DNA of 63,009 nucleotides, filler included, from Octopus bimaculoides (Eukaryota): assembly GCF_001194135.2 (NCBI RefSeq). It is 6 parts of 5 records of this genome, joined end to end, with 100 filler letters (N's around TTAATTAATTAA, not from the genome) between each part and the next. Parts side by side here need not be neighbours in the genome. Positions count along the whole stretch, not along the records: positions 1 to 18,698 come from NC_068982.1; 5 more parts are not named here. The stretch is one strand, 5' to 3'. The notes under the pieces were generated by a model that was given only the letters and a program-made list of their open reading frames with translations, ran no database searches and was not told the DNA's origin. The translations under genes were made by a program, and so were the position numbers. How positions within the stretch are numbered: the stretch's first letter is position 1; each line of letters opens with the position of its first letter. This document shows positions 1 to 14,030 of this stretch, in pieces.

Positions 1-1485
1 TATATATAACAACCATATATATAAGGTTGATTTGTATTCTATCAAATTCTTCCACATATATAAGGTTGATTTCAGTATAACCAACACCTAAATTCATGAC
101 CTAACGATGGAGCTTCTAGGTGGTTGCTTGGCCTATCAGAAATAGTTGTAAATTTTTCTATCAAATCATAACCTGCTGCCTTGAAAAAGATTTAGAGCTC
201 AAACAATGCTGTGGTGGTCGCACTATGCTTAAAAATAAAAAAAGGAGATAGTTACCGCTAGAAAATATTTCATCACAGTATGTTGTATTAGGCTGACCTG
301 GAGCTGTACAATAACAAAAGAAAAATAATAAAGAACAACACCTACATTTTAAGTGCTATTAACAAGAAACTCTCCCCCTCGTATACAAACATGTGTCATT
401 GTAACTTTGTTGACTCAACATCAGGAGAAGAAGTACATATTTATTTTGTATTGAGGGTCTTCTACACAAGAATGTGGAGAGAGGATTTCATTTCTAATTG
501 TTATATTTTACTTTCTTTCATATAATACTTTTCCTTTTGCTTCAGTCAACATTTTCCGATTATGTTTTGCTGTAAGCGTGTATTACATTTAATGTTTGTC
601 TTTAGGTAAACTTTTTATCCTTTCTTGACCAATTTTATATATCTTATTAACAGAGTGGTGTTATACTGGTAATTGAAGGAATCTTTATTATATATAAAAT
701 AAACATATGTACTTAAGCATTTCATGTACTATCACAATATTGGATTTTTAAAGATAGAAATGAGATATTGTGGTGTATATTTCGTTTTTATAAAATTACA
801 TGAAATGATTTAGCCCAGTTAAACATTAAAATAATCTTTTAAGACAACAGTGCAAATTCTGGGGATGTGTTGGGATGCTGTAGGTTTAATCAAGTACAGA
901 ACTTAAATGAAAGATTTCTTCGCGTACGAATGGTTGCAAAACAAAAGTTGAAAGAATTTTAATCCAGAACCTAAATAGCAAGTAATAATAACAACAATTT
1001 GCTTAAAAGTTAGAAAGTTTAAAATAGTTTAAAACATACAAAGTTATAGATAGTACAGATACATTTGCTAATTAAACAAAATGTCTTGAAAAGACAAAGA
1101 CAATAATTTTAGTAATTACAATTCTTATGATTCTTGAAAGAAAATAGACCTGCATGCAGCATTTTAGTGTGAAATTTAACGTTAAGCACGAGACTCCAAG
1201 TACCTTGCTTAACGTTAAATTCCACAGTTGTGTTTTTACTATCAATTTTGCCTTTCTTTTCCTTCTTTAAACTAGGTGCTTGTAAGTGTTATCACACACA
1301 CGCATATACACACATTCACTAGCATTCATGCATACACTCATACATAGACAGACATACATATATATACCTACATACATATGTGTATGTGTGTTGTGTGTGT
1401 GCTTGTATATATATATATATATATATATATATGCATGTGTGTATGCATTTGCATGCATATATACATATATATACGTCCGTAAAGT

Positions 1486-1725
1486 GAAGGCGTGTGGCTT
1501 AGTGGTAAAGTTGTTAGAATCATGAACGTAAGATTGTAGTTTCGATTCCTGGTCTGGGCGATGCGTTGTGTTCTTGAGCAAATCACTTCCTTTCACGTTA
1601 CACCAACCCACTCAGCTGGCATAACTGAGTAATTGTGCGAGAGACCGGCGGCCTGTCTAATGCGGAAATGTATACGCCACAGAATCAGGCATTGTGAACT
1701 TTAGACTCGGAAGGGACCTTTGACC
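1486..1725 (+). mobile_element. tRNA-type SINE family C
   Basis: gtgaaggcgtgtggcttagtggt...gtttcgattcc...gcgttgtgttcttgagcaa. Related copies occur at about 3775-3990 (+) and 56570-56707 (-). Confidence 0.7.
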
Positions 1726-1793
1726 CTTGTTTTTATTCTTCATACATTTATATATGCCGTATATGTTTATACATGTGTGTATATTTGTGTATG

Positions 1794-1918
<125 letters not shown>

Positions 1919-2332
1919 GAAATTCCAGTCAAACAGTCCTTCTCAGTAATCAGTAAAAGGTATATTTGAATCATCGTTTCTTCAAAAAATTATTTACTTT
2001 GAGAAAATAATGGTTAAAACTTTTTGACCATTATGTATGAAAACATAATTATGCAGAGAGATTTAAATTTATATTGCACAAAATATAACCAGCGTTTAGA
2101 AATGTGTGTATGTTTCCAAATATACAGAGAAATTAGTGCAAAGTGAACTTTATACAAGTTTCATTCCGCAAGTCTCTACAGTGAGTAAATATTAAATATC
2201 AAATACTAAATAATGCAAAGCTGAAGAATTTGTTCATAAAGAAACTCTTCAGTTTTTTCATATATATATGTGTGGGGATGCGTGTGTGCGCTGTGTATGT
2301 GTGTAGCTTACTTTCACGTTAAAGTAAGATCA

Positions 2333-3036
2333 ATAAAAACGTACTCCATCTGGTGAGAGATGAATATTGTTCAATGCAGACAGTATATAGTTTTGAGATA
2401 CTAATTAATAGTTTCATACATTGAAGATATTCTCTAGGAAGATTTCAAAGCACGCCTAGTGTCTGCAAGTAATCTTCAGGTCACGCTACATACAATCAAG
2501 TGGAAAATCGTAGAAAACTCCATGCCATGTGCTAATGGATCCAAAAAGTGCAAGTTATGCGTAGCTAAAAGATTGTATATCCTTTTTAATTCCCAAAAGT
2601 CTACCTTACTGCTGAATTCCCGATCAGAAATTTTCAGCAAATACAAACATATGGACAAGTTTCTTTTGGCGAACTGAAGAATACCACCCCCTCTGTATTG
2701 AGTAGTTGCATCGCAGACTTTAGACCCCTTATGTTGATTCTACACCATCTAGCTTGCGATTCTATGGTCAGAGGAGACATAACTATAATTTTCCTTCTCG
2801 TTTGTTCTTTTTCCTTTCTTTTTCCATTTTTTGCACCACTCCACTTTTTGAACGCACCTTCATCTCGCTTTTCCTCGTGAATTCTTGTGTTCTATTTTCC
2901 TGATTTGTAATTTCTACAGACCATGTGCCCAGAGTCTAAAGATTACTTGAAGATACTAAGCCTGTTTTAAAACAGGCCTAGTGTCTCCAAGTAATCTTTA
3001 AGCTCTGGGCACATGGCCTGTACAAATAACAAATCA
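2333..3036 (+). mobile_element. Penelope-like element (Naiad-type) 3' remnant with inverted ends
   Basis: 2486-2677 encodes the GIY-YIG C-terminus IKWKIVE..PCANGSKKCKLC...LLNSRSEIFSK.KH.DKFLLAN. 2333-2485 is an inverted copy of the element 3' tail (revcomp atctctcaccagatggagtac matches the tails near 47060 and 50400). 2901-3036 is a loopless palindrome. Confidence 0.85.
2395..2480 (-). ncRNA. Hammerhead ribozyme-like motif in PLE tail
   Basis: The - strand reads CTGAAGA (2479-2473), then about 57 nt, then GAAA (2415-2412), stem III ACTA/TAGT with a TTAAT loop, and a GUA cleavage triplet. Stem I is disrupted at the inversion junction. Confidence 0.45.
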
Positions 3037-3067
3037 AGACTATACACACACACACACACACACACCT

Positions 3068-3109
<42 letters not shown>

Positions 3110-3124
3110 TATATATATATAATA

Positions 3125-3455
3125 GCGACGGAAGCGGTATTAATACTACAAAGCAATCTTTATATCCAACTTAACGTGGATGCTAGAATATCGAGTCTTG
3201 CGTTAATTACCCTGCAAGGACATTTCCTATGGCCGTAGAGCCCGAGCAGGATGAAATCACGTGATCTGGCAGTTTGCTGCCCGTAGAAGACGATTTTCGC
3301 TTATCGGCGATATAAATAAGCGTGCTTTTATGCACCATGCGTTCACATAAGAGGTCCTCTAAAGGTACATAACACAGTATTCGATGTTCTAACACAACGT
3401 CTACGTTAAGTTGGATATACAAATTGCTTATTGGTATCAATACTGCTTCTGTCGT
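3125..3455. mobile_element. MITE with about 55-bp imperfect terminal inverted repeats
   Basis: gcgacggaagcggtattaatac...tatccaacttaacgtgga (3125-3180) is the near reverse complement of tctacgttaagttggatata...aatactgcttctgtcgt (3401-3455). The interior is non-coding. Confidence 0.75.
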
Positions 3456-3536
3456 AATTAATTTGTGGTTATTGTGTGACATCAATACCTGAAAAAAAAA
3501 ACTGAAATTCTATATGTCGTTGATAGTGACATTCAC

Positions 3537-3592
<56 letters not shown>

Positions 3593-4031
3593 ACATACAT
3601 ACATACATACATACATACATACATACATACATACATACATACTTGCATGCATGCATACATGTATATGTATGTGTGTGTGTTTGTGTGTGTATGTATGTTT
3701 GTGTGTGCGCACGTATATATATATATGTGTATGTATGTATATATGTAAGTATGTATGCATGCAGTGACGCTTTTGTGAAGGCGCATGGCCTAATCATTAA
3801 GGTGTTGGACTCACGATTGTGAGATTGTAATTTCAATTCCTGGACCAGTTGATGCGTTGTGTTTTTCAGCAAAACACTTCCTCTCCAGTTGCTCACTTTG
3901 ACACGTGACGTGTGGTACACCTTACAACTTTTCGGGCAAAGTCAATGTGATGAAGGTAGTGAGTTGACGTCCTGCACAAACATATTTGTGCAGGTTGTTA
4001 TGTGGTATATAACTATATATATGCAGACACA

Positions 4032-4126
<95 letters not shown>

Positions 4127-4379
4127 NNNNNNNNNNNNNNNNNNNNNNNNNNNNNNNNNNNNNNNNNNNNNNNNNNNNNNNNNNNNNNNNNNNNNNNNNN
4201 NNNNNNNNNNNNNNNNNNNNNNNNNNNNNNNNNNNNNNNNNNNNNNNNNNNNNNNNNNNNNNNNNNNNNNNNNNNNNNNNNNNNNNNNNNNNNNNNNNNN
4301 NNNNNNNNNNNNNNNNNNNNNNNNNNNNNNNNNNNNNNNNNNNNNNNNNNNNNNNNNNNNNNNNNNNNNNNNNNNNNNN

Positions 4380-4428
<49 letters not shown>

Positions 4429-4648
4429 CTGTGTGTGTGTGTGTGTGAGTGTGTGTGTGTGTATCTTCCTTGATGATATAAGTTTATAAGAATATAGTTT
4501 CGTCACAATATTATATATGCAAAGTTTTCATATTTTAACGCGTCTTTTCGCCTACATCAAAGACATACACCGGGGTTGATGTCATCTACTTGCCCTCACC
4601 TCCGAAAATGCTGGGCTTGTGCCAAAATTTCAATCCATTATTATAACT

Positions 4649-4707
<59 letters not shown>

Positions 4708-6293
4708 TATCATTATCATCATTATTAAGTTATATTGCTTATCCTAAATTCATTAGTTTTTATTGAGCACTGTGTTAGAGCTTTGCATGAAGAAATATTT
4801 TCCTTATATCTGTTTGGTATGGCTTCGAAATCATATTTGCTATACACATCCATACAAACACAAAGAAATATACAAGTAAGCACATATACACATGTGTACA
4901 GATTCACACAGACTTAGAGAAATATACATGTATGTATGCATGTACGTATTTATATATATAAATATATATATTTATATATAATATATTATATATATGCACT
5001 TATGTATATATCTATGCATCTACACACACGACACACACACACACACATACACACACACACACACACAAACACACGCATATATATACAGTCATAGATTATA
5101 CGCGTATGTGTGTATGTATGCACATAAAATCCACACGCTTTATGATACAATTTCTCAGTCTCCAATCTGCTTATACATATACACCCACACAAACACCGAG
5201 ACGTAGATATTGACAAATGTAAGCGCACGCAAATCATATACTGATATACACTGTGTGTGCTCATTTATAATTAATAAGTAATATCTATACTAAATCTTCG
5301 CCAACAATTCAATGAATATGAATTATATAAATATGATTTCCAATAAACAACCGCATTAAATAACAGCCATCGATCCATTACGCTTTCATAAACAGAACCT
5401 ATTCACAAAGTGAATATTGTATTGCATCGATTCATCTATACTATTGCCGTTTCGAGTTGAGAGTTGCAATGATCAAATCGAGAGGCAGAATATTTGAACT
5501 GGGTTCATTAAATGGAATTACACAGCAGCAAGGAGGCGTTGCCGTTATGAAATTGAACAAGGCACTTAATTCTTAATTCTTACTTTATGTTTGCCATAAT
5601 AATGAAAGAAAAAAGACAATGGGATATAAACATTAAAACAGAATTTGTTTAATGCGTTAGACTTCGATTCACAGTTGGAATCAGTTCACTTCACTTTGTT
5701 TTCCTGTCGCTAAAGCTTCCCAGAAAATTATGAAAATCACAAAATCACTTTGCAACCCACCACTCCATTCGACACCAAATTCGTCATGTTGTGCATAAGA
5801 GAGAGTTATTTGCCACAAGGGCAAAAATATCACAAAGTGAAAAAATAAATGAAATGAAAGTTGCCTCAAGCGAAAAATATTTAATGCAAAATCTGATTAT
5901 GTGAATAGCAATAATGATAGTAATCCTTCCGCTATAATCAAAAGACCCGAAATTCTGTAGGAAGAGGTTAGTTGATTACATCGATCCCAGTGCATAGCTG
6001 GTACTTTTTTCATCAGCCTTGAAAGGGTTAAAGGCAAAAGAAAACCTTGGTGGAATTTAAATTCAGAATGTAAAGACGGATTAAAGGCCACAAGCATTTT
6101 GTCCTGTGTTCTAACGAATCGTTATAATTGTTGTATCGACGCCCCCAGGCGAAAAAGTAGGATCTCCAAAGACATATAAATAGAGGTAGTCTGGCCGTGG
6201 TAGGATTGTTGAGTAGCAGTCGAGTAGCAGTTGTGTGGCGGTTGAGTAGAGATCATCTGAAGGTGCTAGATAGCAGTAGCGTTGAGACATAAC

Positions 6294-6325
<32 letters not shown>

Positions 6326-8061
6326 TAATAACAACGACAGCAACAGCAACACAACAGTAACTGAGAACTCAAATCTACAGTGTCGACCTGACGAAAAGAG
6401 TAATCCTGTATTCTGTAAGAATTCTGAGGAAGATTCTTGAGACACGAAGAGACTTGTTACAAAACCTCAAGACAGCATCCTTAGAATGCAATAATTTTAA
6501 TAATAACACTATGAATATTATAATATAATATTATATTCCCTTTAAGGTGGATAACCACGTAAGATACCTTAATAATCACGATTTCATTCGCAACGCACGT
6601 TGGTGCTATAAGTGGGAAGCAGTACCAAAGCAAATGTTGCTAAAATTTATCCAGGATATTCAGATTGGAAATTCTACAGACGAGTTCCAAAACCTTTATG
6701 TATTCGACATTCTAGTTCTGAAGTTGCATTAAGTTGGTGATGGTGTGCTTTGAGCATCTGATTGCTAAATCCCAGGCGACGTGCCCATAATCAAAGTCTG
6801 ATCTAAGAATATGACTCTATCAAAAATACAAGCTGATTGAAACCATTTCAACGAAAGAATACTTTATTGTGTTTTCTTCGAAAAATATCTAGATTAAGTG
6901 AATATGTGTGTATTAAAACGAATGCACTCCTCAACTCCTATCAAGTGCTTTCAGGTGAATGTTTTGATGTATGGGTTCTATTAAAATCGGAAGAGCAAGC
7001 ATTCCAGTTTGTTTAGAGATCTTTCGGAGCAGGGCACGGCCGCCATGTACAGAAGCGATGCAAACATACCTTCAGAGGTTAGGATTAGGGTTAGGTTAAC
7101 AGTGAAATCATTGTACAAAATAATATAATTGTGAAAGTATCATGAAAAGTCATTTCAATGCAAAGCCGTCCTGATCAAAATCGATTCGATAAAAAGGCGT
7201 GGTACCTACATTAGTCAGGTTGTTTGAACACTTTAATACTGAGTGATAAATTTAGCTACGAATTCTAAATAACACCGGTTGTTTTTGCACATGATCAATT
7301 TCGAAGAGACTAAATGAAACCTCAGACAACTTACCATAGATTCAGTACCAAATATTTTGAAATAGTTGTCTTCTCAACTAACAGAGAAGCAAACCATTAG
7401 TTTCATTCTAGTTTATCTTCTGTTTTTTTTTCCCCCTTATTTGCTCACAATTCATCATTTCTGTTTAATATGCACCCGCTTGATGTAAGGGGTATTTGCA
7501 CGGGTAGATATAGCTCTGATCTGTACTCTGTATTGCAATCGTTTCTTTCCTAATGGTTCAAGAGTCAATATATACAAAAGCATCATTAGTAAATATTCTT
7601 TCCGAAGCGAGCGTTGGCAGATGCTATTCTAGATCTACATTAGTAATAACAAGTAGAAATAATAATAATAGTAACTATTTCCAATATAGGTACTGACACT
7701 TTATTTTATCGACCCAAGAAAAATGGACGGCGAAGTTCATTTCTTCAGTATTTGAACTAAGAAGAGTTGTAACAAACCAAACTATTCAAATAGCAACATG
7801 CAACACCAACAATGCTTTCTGTTATGAACTAGCAAGGTGACCTTTATATGGTCGCTGAGAATGCTAAAAATAGCAGCTAAATATTCCTTAAATCATACCA
7901 TATCATTAAATAAGGAAGATATGAGTTAACAGACGCCAAGATATGCCTACAAATATTAGGATGGTCATGGCTGGAATGCATTTGATCAAAGGTCTGCTTG
8001 AGAGTGAGTGACTCGGCGTTAAACAACAACATCGTCAGTCGAATGCAATATTTTCAACAGT

Positions 8062-8282
8062 AATAATAGTTTCGAATTTTGGCACAAGGCTAGCAATTTC
8101 GGGTGAGGGGATAAGTCGATTACATCAACCCCCAGTGCTCAGCTCGTACTTATTTCATCAACCTCGAAAGGATGAAATGTGATGTTGACCAATGAGGCAT
8201 TTAAACTTAGAACGTAAAGACGGACGAAATGCCGCTAAGCATTATTCCCGGCGTGCAAACGATTCTGCTAGCTCGCCGCCTT
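8062..8282 (-). mobile_element. tRNA-type SINE family A
   Basis: Shared body ggcgagctggcagaa...gttctgagttcaaattccgccgaggtcgactttgcctttcatcc...ctggggtcgatgtaatcgac. Partial related copies occur at about 5910-6110 and 7690-7770. Confidence 0.8.
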
Positions 8283-9665
8283 CCACCAATGTAACAATAA
8301 TAATTATTGCAAATACACCTCAGTCATACATTTAGTTATGAAGGGGAGGGAGAGGAGGCAATGTATTACATCGATCTGAGTATTTCGTTGTTGCTTATTT
8401 TTTTTATTTTCAGCTACGAAAGGACACAAGACAAAAATAGGCCTTGGTGAGATTTGAACTGCACATGCATTTTGTGTGGCTTCCGTCACCTACCAAACAA
8501 CAGCAGCATCAAGCCCAACGACAACAGCAACCATAACAACACTTGAATACAAGAGACAGCCCCGACGTGATCGCTCGACCTACCAAATATGGCGGCCAGT
8601 TCTCCTTCAACTTAATTCTACCGCCTTAGAAAACAACGTGTTGCCCATATACTTAGTAATAACATGGGAATACTTCAAATCATATGCCTGTTCCATCAAA
8701 GTTAATGAAACAAGCATTGGCAACAGTAAAAAAGGCGCTGTAGCAACAGCATTGTGAAGAAGCTCCCCAAACTGCTAGAATTGGCAGGTCGCATTCATTA
8801 ATGTGTTCTTGGGTTCTCGACACATCATAAAAATATAAAGGAAGATTGTCACGGTTGGGTTGCTTTCGATCATACTCCTTCTGTAATAGAGCTGACCTAG
8901 GGTCAAACAACAACTAAAAGCCCCCCCCCCCAAAAAAAAATAGCAACAACACTATGAAAGATAATTCCTTTAACAATTGCAGCAATAACACTATCGGCAA
9001 CAACAAACACAATCTACAACATCAATTGCAACAACGACAGAAAGCATTGACAAAATTACTACACCCACCTTAACAACACCGACAGCGCCACCACTACCAC
9101 TACCACTACCACTACCACTACTACCACTACCACCATCACAGCTACTACCTATGATAACAATAAACAGGTTAACAAGCATGACAATTATAAAGAGTCAGAC
9201 ATCAATAAGGGGACAGAATCAATGCGACACGGTTATAATTACGCTGACAATGGCGGACTGTCTTCAACATTACAGCCATATTGCAAAGTATATTGTTCAG
9301 AGTCGACAAAATTGAAAACAGCTTCATCATCATCATCATGATCGACGTCATTGTAATTATTAATTAACAGCAGCAGTTGCTAAAGTAATGATATGACATC
9401 AACAAAAAAAAAATAGATAAAAAATATGAAGTTTAAAAAAAAAATCACTCAATCGCAATGTAACTGTTATTCTCATTATATTTCTGTCACTCCGCACACA
9501 CGCACACATACACACACACACACACACATAAATACATACACACATATAAAACACATGCACACACATAAACATATACACACACATAAACACATACACACAC
9601 ATAAATTCATGCACATTCACACATGTATAAGCAATGAAAGAGAGATAGATTATTTATTGATAGAC

Positions 9666-9739
<74 letters not shown>

Positions 9740-9762
9740 CTTGATTGATTGATTGATTGACT

Positions 9763-9794
<32 letters not shown>

Positions 9795-10155
9795 TATAGA
9801 TAGATAGACAGACAGATAGGTTGATTGGTAGGTAGGTGCGTACGTACGTAGATATATAGAAACACAGAGACAGGTAGACAGGTAGACAGATAGATAGATA
9901 GATAAAGTGAAAGGGAAGCAAAACTGAGAGAGTGAGAGTGAGAGGGAGGGGGAGAGAAATAGAAAGGGGAGGGAGAGAGGAATTGAAAGACAAAGGGAGA
10001 GGGAGGGGAGAAAAAAGACTTATCCACATATATTATAAAACTAACACGCACACACACACACACACATGCACGCGCACACACACATATCTACACAATTACA
10101 AACGTGTACATGTATGTATGCGTGTGTGTGCTATGTGTGTGCGTGCGTGTGCGTG

Positions 10156-10193
<38 letters not shown>

Positions 10194-10441
10194 GTTACCT
10201 CCTGTTTGTTTTCTCTATGTGTCTTCTGTATGGCTTTGTGTAGACGTACACATGCGTATATTTGATTGTGAAGTGTATAACTGGTTTTTCAAGTCGTATA
10301 AAAACTATCTTCATGTTTAGTTTACATTCCAACCATTTTATACTTGTTATTTTATTGTTGTTATTGTTGTTTTCTTACTTTATCTTTTTGTTTTGTTTAA
10401 TCGCATTGTTGTTGTTGCATTTTTTTTTGCTACTGCTACTA

Positions 10442-10472
<31 letters not shown>

Positions 10473-10637
10473 TGTTGTTGTTGTTGTTGTTGTTGTTGCT
10501 GGTGCGGTTTTATTGTTGTTACTATTCTACCTCCTGTTCTTTGTGTACGTGCGTGTATGTTTGTAAGTGCATAAGTGCGTATTTGTGTACGCGTGTGTGT
10601 GTATTTGCTTATGCATGTATTTCTGAGCGTGTGTGCT

Positions 10638-10685
<48 letters not shown>

Positions 10686-10745
10686 CTATTATTTCAATCA
10701 CTACTACCTCTACTATAATCTGCAGCTGCTACTGCAACCACTGCA

Positions 10746-10794
<49 letters not shown>

Positions 10795-11517
10795 ATTTTA
10801 TTGTTGCTTTGTTGCAACTGTTTGCCATTGTTATTATCATCGGTTGTTGCAGTTTTCGAGCAACTAAGCATTTTATTCTATCGTTTTTGTTCTGTTACTG
10901 ACAAATATATATATATATATATATATATGTATGCTGTACAAACATATTGGTATCTATACTTCACTCAACGATTCTCTTTTATTTCCAGATAGCACGCCCC
11001 CGTGCAAATGCACACATGCATACGCAATATATAAGTTAACAGTTTATGTTCAATAATGTTTTCCATTGAAAGTTTCGTTTCTATTGTTGTGTGGCGAGAG
11101 CAAGTTCGTTCAACAGTGCCTATCCTTGTCAAATGCCTACATATTGCCCATCCACTGTGAACGAATAGATCGTGACGGCCACTACCATAGGTACTTTCAC
11201 ACGGAGGGTACCGAGAGCAGGTTTACTCATCTGAACCTATCCCTTCTTTGGTTATAGTTTTGCGAAGTGAGGAATGTTCAAAGTATTCGTTGCATATTGA
11301 ATCAGTGTCGTCGAGTTGCTTCACTAAATTCTCAATTTCCTTGAAATTACCAGCTCAAATAGAAACGCGAGTGTCATTACAGGTTCACTCAATATGATAA
11401 AACTAGCTGATAGTCCTTACCCAAATATCATACTATATTGTTTCAAAAACGAAAATCGCAACTGTTATAGATATAGACATACTATATTCTTTTTGTAAAA
11501 TATTAGTGATACTCTCT

Positions 11518-12020
11518 CTCTCTCTCTTTTACTCCTTGTTTCAGTCATTTGACTGTGGCCATGCTGGAGCACCGCCTTTATTCTCTCGGTCTGTTTTGCT
11601 GAACCGCTAAGTTACGGGGACGTAAACACACCAGCATCGGTTGTCAAGCGATGTTGGTGGGACAAACACAGACACACAAACATATACACACACACATACA
11701 TACATACATACATATATATATATATATANNNNNNNNNNNNNNNNNNNNNNNNNNNNNNNNNNNNNNNNNNNNNNNNNNNNNNNNNNNNNNNNNNNNNNNN
11801 NNNNNNNNNNNNNNNNNNNNNNNNNNNNNNNNNNNNNNNNNNNNNNNNNNNNNATATATACGACGGGATTCTTTCAGTTTACATCTACCAAATCCACTCA
11901 CAAGGCTTTGGTCGGCCCGAGGCTATAGTAGAAGACACTTGCCCAAGGTGGCACGCAGTGGGACTGAACCCGAAACCATGTGGTTCGTAAGCAAGCTACT
12001 TACCACACAGCCACTCCTAC
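11518..12020 (-). mobile_element. tRNA-type SINE family B (internal microsatellite, spans a gap)
   Basis: Revcomp of ggagtggctgtgtggtaagtagcttgc...ggttcagtcccactgcgtg...ccgaccaaagccttgtgagtggattt...(TG)n...gcggtgctccagcatggccacagtcaaatgactgaaacaag. Confidence 0.8.
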
Positions 12021-12294
12021 GCCTATTGTGTATTGTTTGCAATATCTGCATACGTTACGAGCTAGAAGTTTTCTCTGAACGAATAGAATCGTTGAATGTG
12101 GGAAAGAGTAAAAGATAACAAAATAGACGAAGAGATGTTGTATGGAAACGTTAAGAGAATGCTCGTAGAAAACTATTCTACTTGACGCATGAAACAAGAT
12201 GTTAGGATTATGAATGATACACACAAAAATATAGAGTGACGATATATTGAAGATCGGCATTGTATTCATTAGAGAGAGAGAGAGAGTGAGTGAG

Positions 12295-12327
<33 letters not shown>

Positions 12328-12999
12328 TAGAGAGAAAGAGAGAGAGATCAGGAAGTTTAAATAACGAGAAAAAAAATCAAGCTAGATAGAAAAGATGAAG
12401 CTTTCGTTTGTGGGATGAATGGAAGTACTCTAGTATATAGTGAAAAAGAAACTACAAACACTTAGTCAATATAACTTTAAAGAGCAGAAAGTTTGTAAAA
12501 AAATAAAAGAAGTGCGTAGCTATTATACGGATGGCTGAACATAAACTTCAGGAAATCTTAAAGCATCATCAATGTACAAACATAAGTGGCAAATTCTAGA
12601 TCACTTGAGTGAAGAATGAAAATAACATCAAATATGTCGTTGCTATACTGAAATATGGCAAGAAAATGGAGTCAGCCCAACTTATGTCGCTTGATTTTAT
12701 ATAGTTGTAAATATAAGTAGATACAATATGGATGTCATGCTTTCGGACACAAGGTCACGCCTACTACCACTCAACACCCACATAGAAGCACACACACATT
12801 CACACCTACCCATACCCACACCCACACCCACACCCACCCACGCACACCTCACACTCAAACATATATATATATATATATATTGAAATAAGAATTTCTAACT
12901 TCCGGTCAGTCATTGTTATGATCGGCCATTATTATGATTGACCGTTGACTGAACACTATTCAATTTTTTTTCTCCGTGTTTTTCTCCTTGTCTCCGTAT

Positions 13000-13036
13000 T
13001 CTTTCTGTTGAAGAGCGTAGCTCGAAACGTCAAAGA
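13000..13036 (+). ncRNA. Minimal type I hammerhead-like motif (core variant) in a PLE-type 3' repeat
   Basis: TCTTT-CTGTTGA-A-GAGC(GTA)GCTC-GAAAC-GTC-AAAGA. Stem I TCTTT/AAAGA, stem II GAGC/GCTC, loopless palindromic stem III (ACGT), GUC triplet. Core position A6 is T. Confidence 0.5.
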
Positions 13037-13379
13037 CTTTCCGTATTCCCGAGCGTCATACTAATATATGCTTTTGTTATTTACANNNNNNNNNNNNNNN
13101 NNNNNNNNNNNNNNNNNNNNNNNNNNNNNNNNNNNNNNNNNNNNNNNNNNNNNNNNNNNNNNNNNNNNNNNNNNNNNNNNNNNNNNNNNNNNNNNNNNNN
13201 NNNNNNNNNNNNNNNNNNNNNNNNNNNNNNNNNNNNNNNNNNNNNNNNNNNNNNNNNNNNNNNNNNNNNNNNNNNNNNNNNNNNNNNNNNNNNNNNNNNN
13301 NNNNNNNNNNNNNNNNNNNNNNNNATATATATATATATATTCGCACACACACACGTATGTATATATCTATACATATATA

Positions 13380-14030
13380 TATAGGCTATACAGGGGTGCT
13401 AGAAAGAAGTTAGCAATATATGTAATGCAGCCAGTGGTTCCTGCCCTAGATAAGGAGTAAAGATGGAATAGCATACAGGGAGTTTGTGACAAAGTAAAGA
13501 GGGTGAACACATGGTACAAGGCGGACGAATATCAAGGAGTGATGTTTGTAGAGGCCACAGCCAATGGAGAACTAGCCCGAAAATTTAGGAAAGTTCTGAA
13601 GGAGAACAAACACAGCATTAAAATTGTTGAAAAGCCAGGGAACTCCATCAGATCACAGTTATGTAGAACGTAGTAAAGATTAACCCTTGCTTTAACTGTA
13701 GAACTAAAGATGTAGTCTACAGCATAGGGTGCATAGAAGGTGCTTGTAAGGACAAGAACATGACATACATTATTGAGACACCTAGAAGCATTGCAGAGAG
13801 ATTAAATGAACATTTGAGACAACATGACGACAAAAAAAGTCCTCCATATCCTACCAACATGCCAAGGCCAACATAGAGGCATAATGAGTTGACTTGACTT
13901 CCGCATTTTATCCAAGCACCTGAAAGACTCAACACTCAAACAAATACAGGAGTACGTCCTCATAAACGGAATATCTCCTGTACTAAATAGGAGATACACA
14001 TAGAAGGTAGTGATATCCCAATACCCACAG
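13380..14030 (+). mobile_element. Penelope-like element remnant, GIY-YIG endonuclease region, frameshifted
   Basis: Conceptual translation WYKADEYQGVMFVEATANGELARKFRKVL...KIVEKPG, then CFNCRTKDVVYSIGC...C...TYIIETPRSIAERLNEH (GIY-YIG VVY/YIG-ET/R/H pattern). Confidence 0.75.

Noticed and set aside
5681-5869. Signal-peptide-like 62-aa ORF on the - strand
   Set aside because: TTG start; hydrophobicity is explained by the T-rich strand; no other support.
6129-6460. Possible solo LTR (TG...CA with TATAAATAG)
   Set aside because: No target-site duplication and no second copy in the window.
7075-7100. ggttaggattagggttaggtta telomere-like repeats
   Set aside because: Only 3-4 degenerate units. 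Such tracts are common inside repeats and are not evidence of a telomere or fusion.
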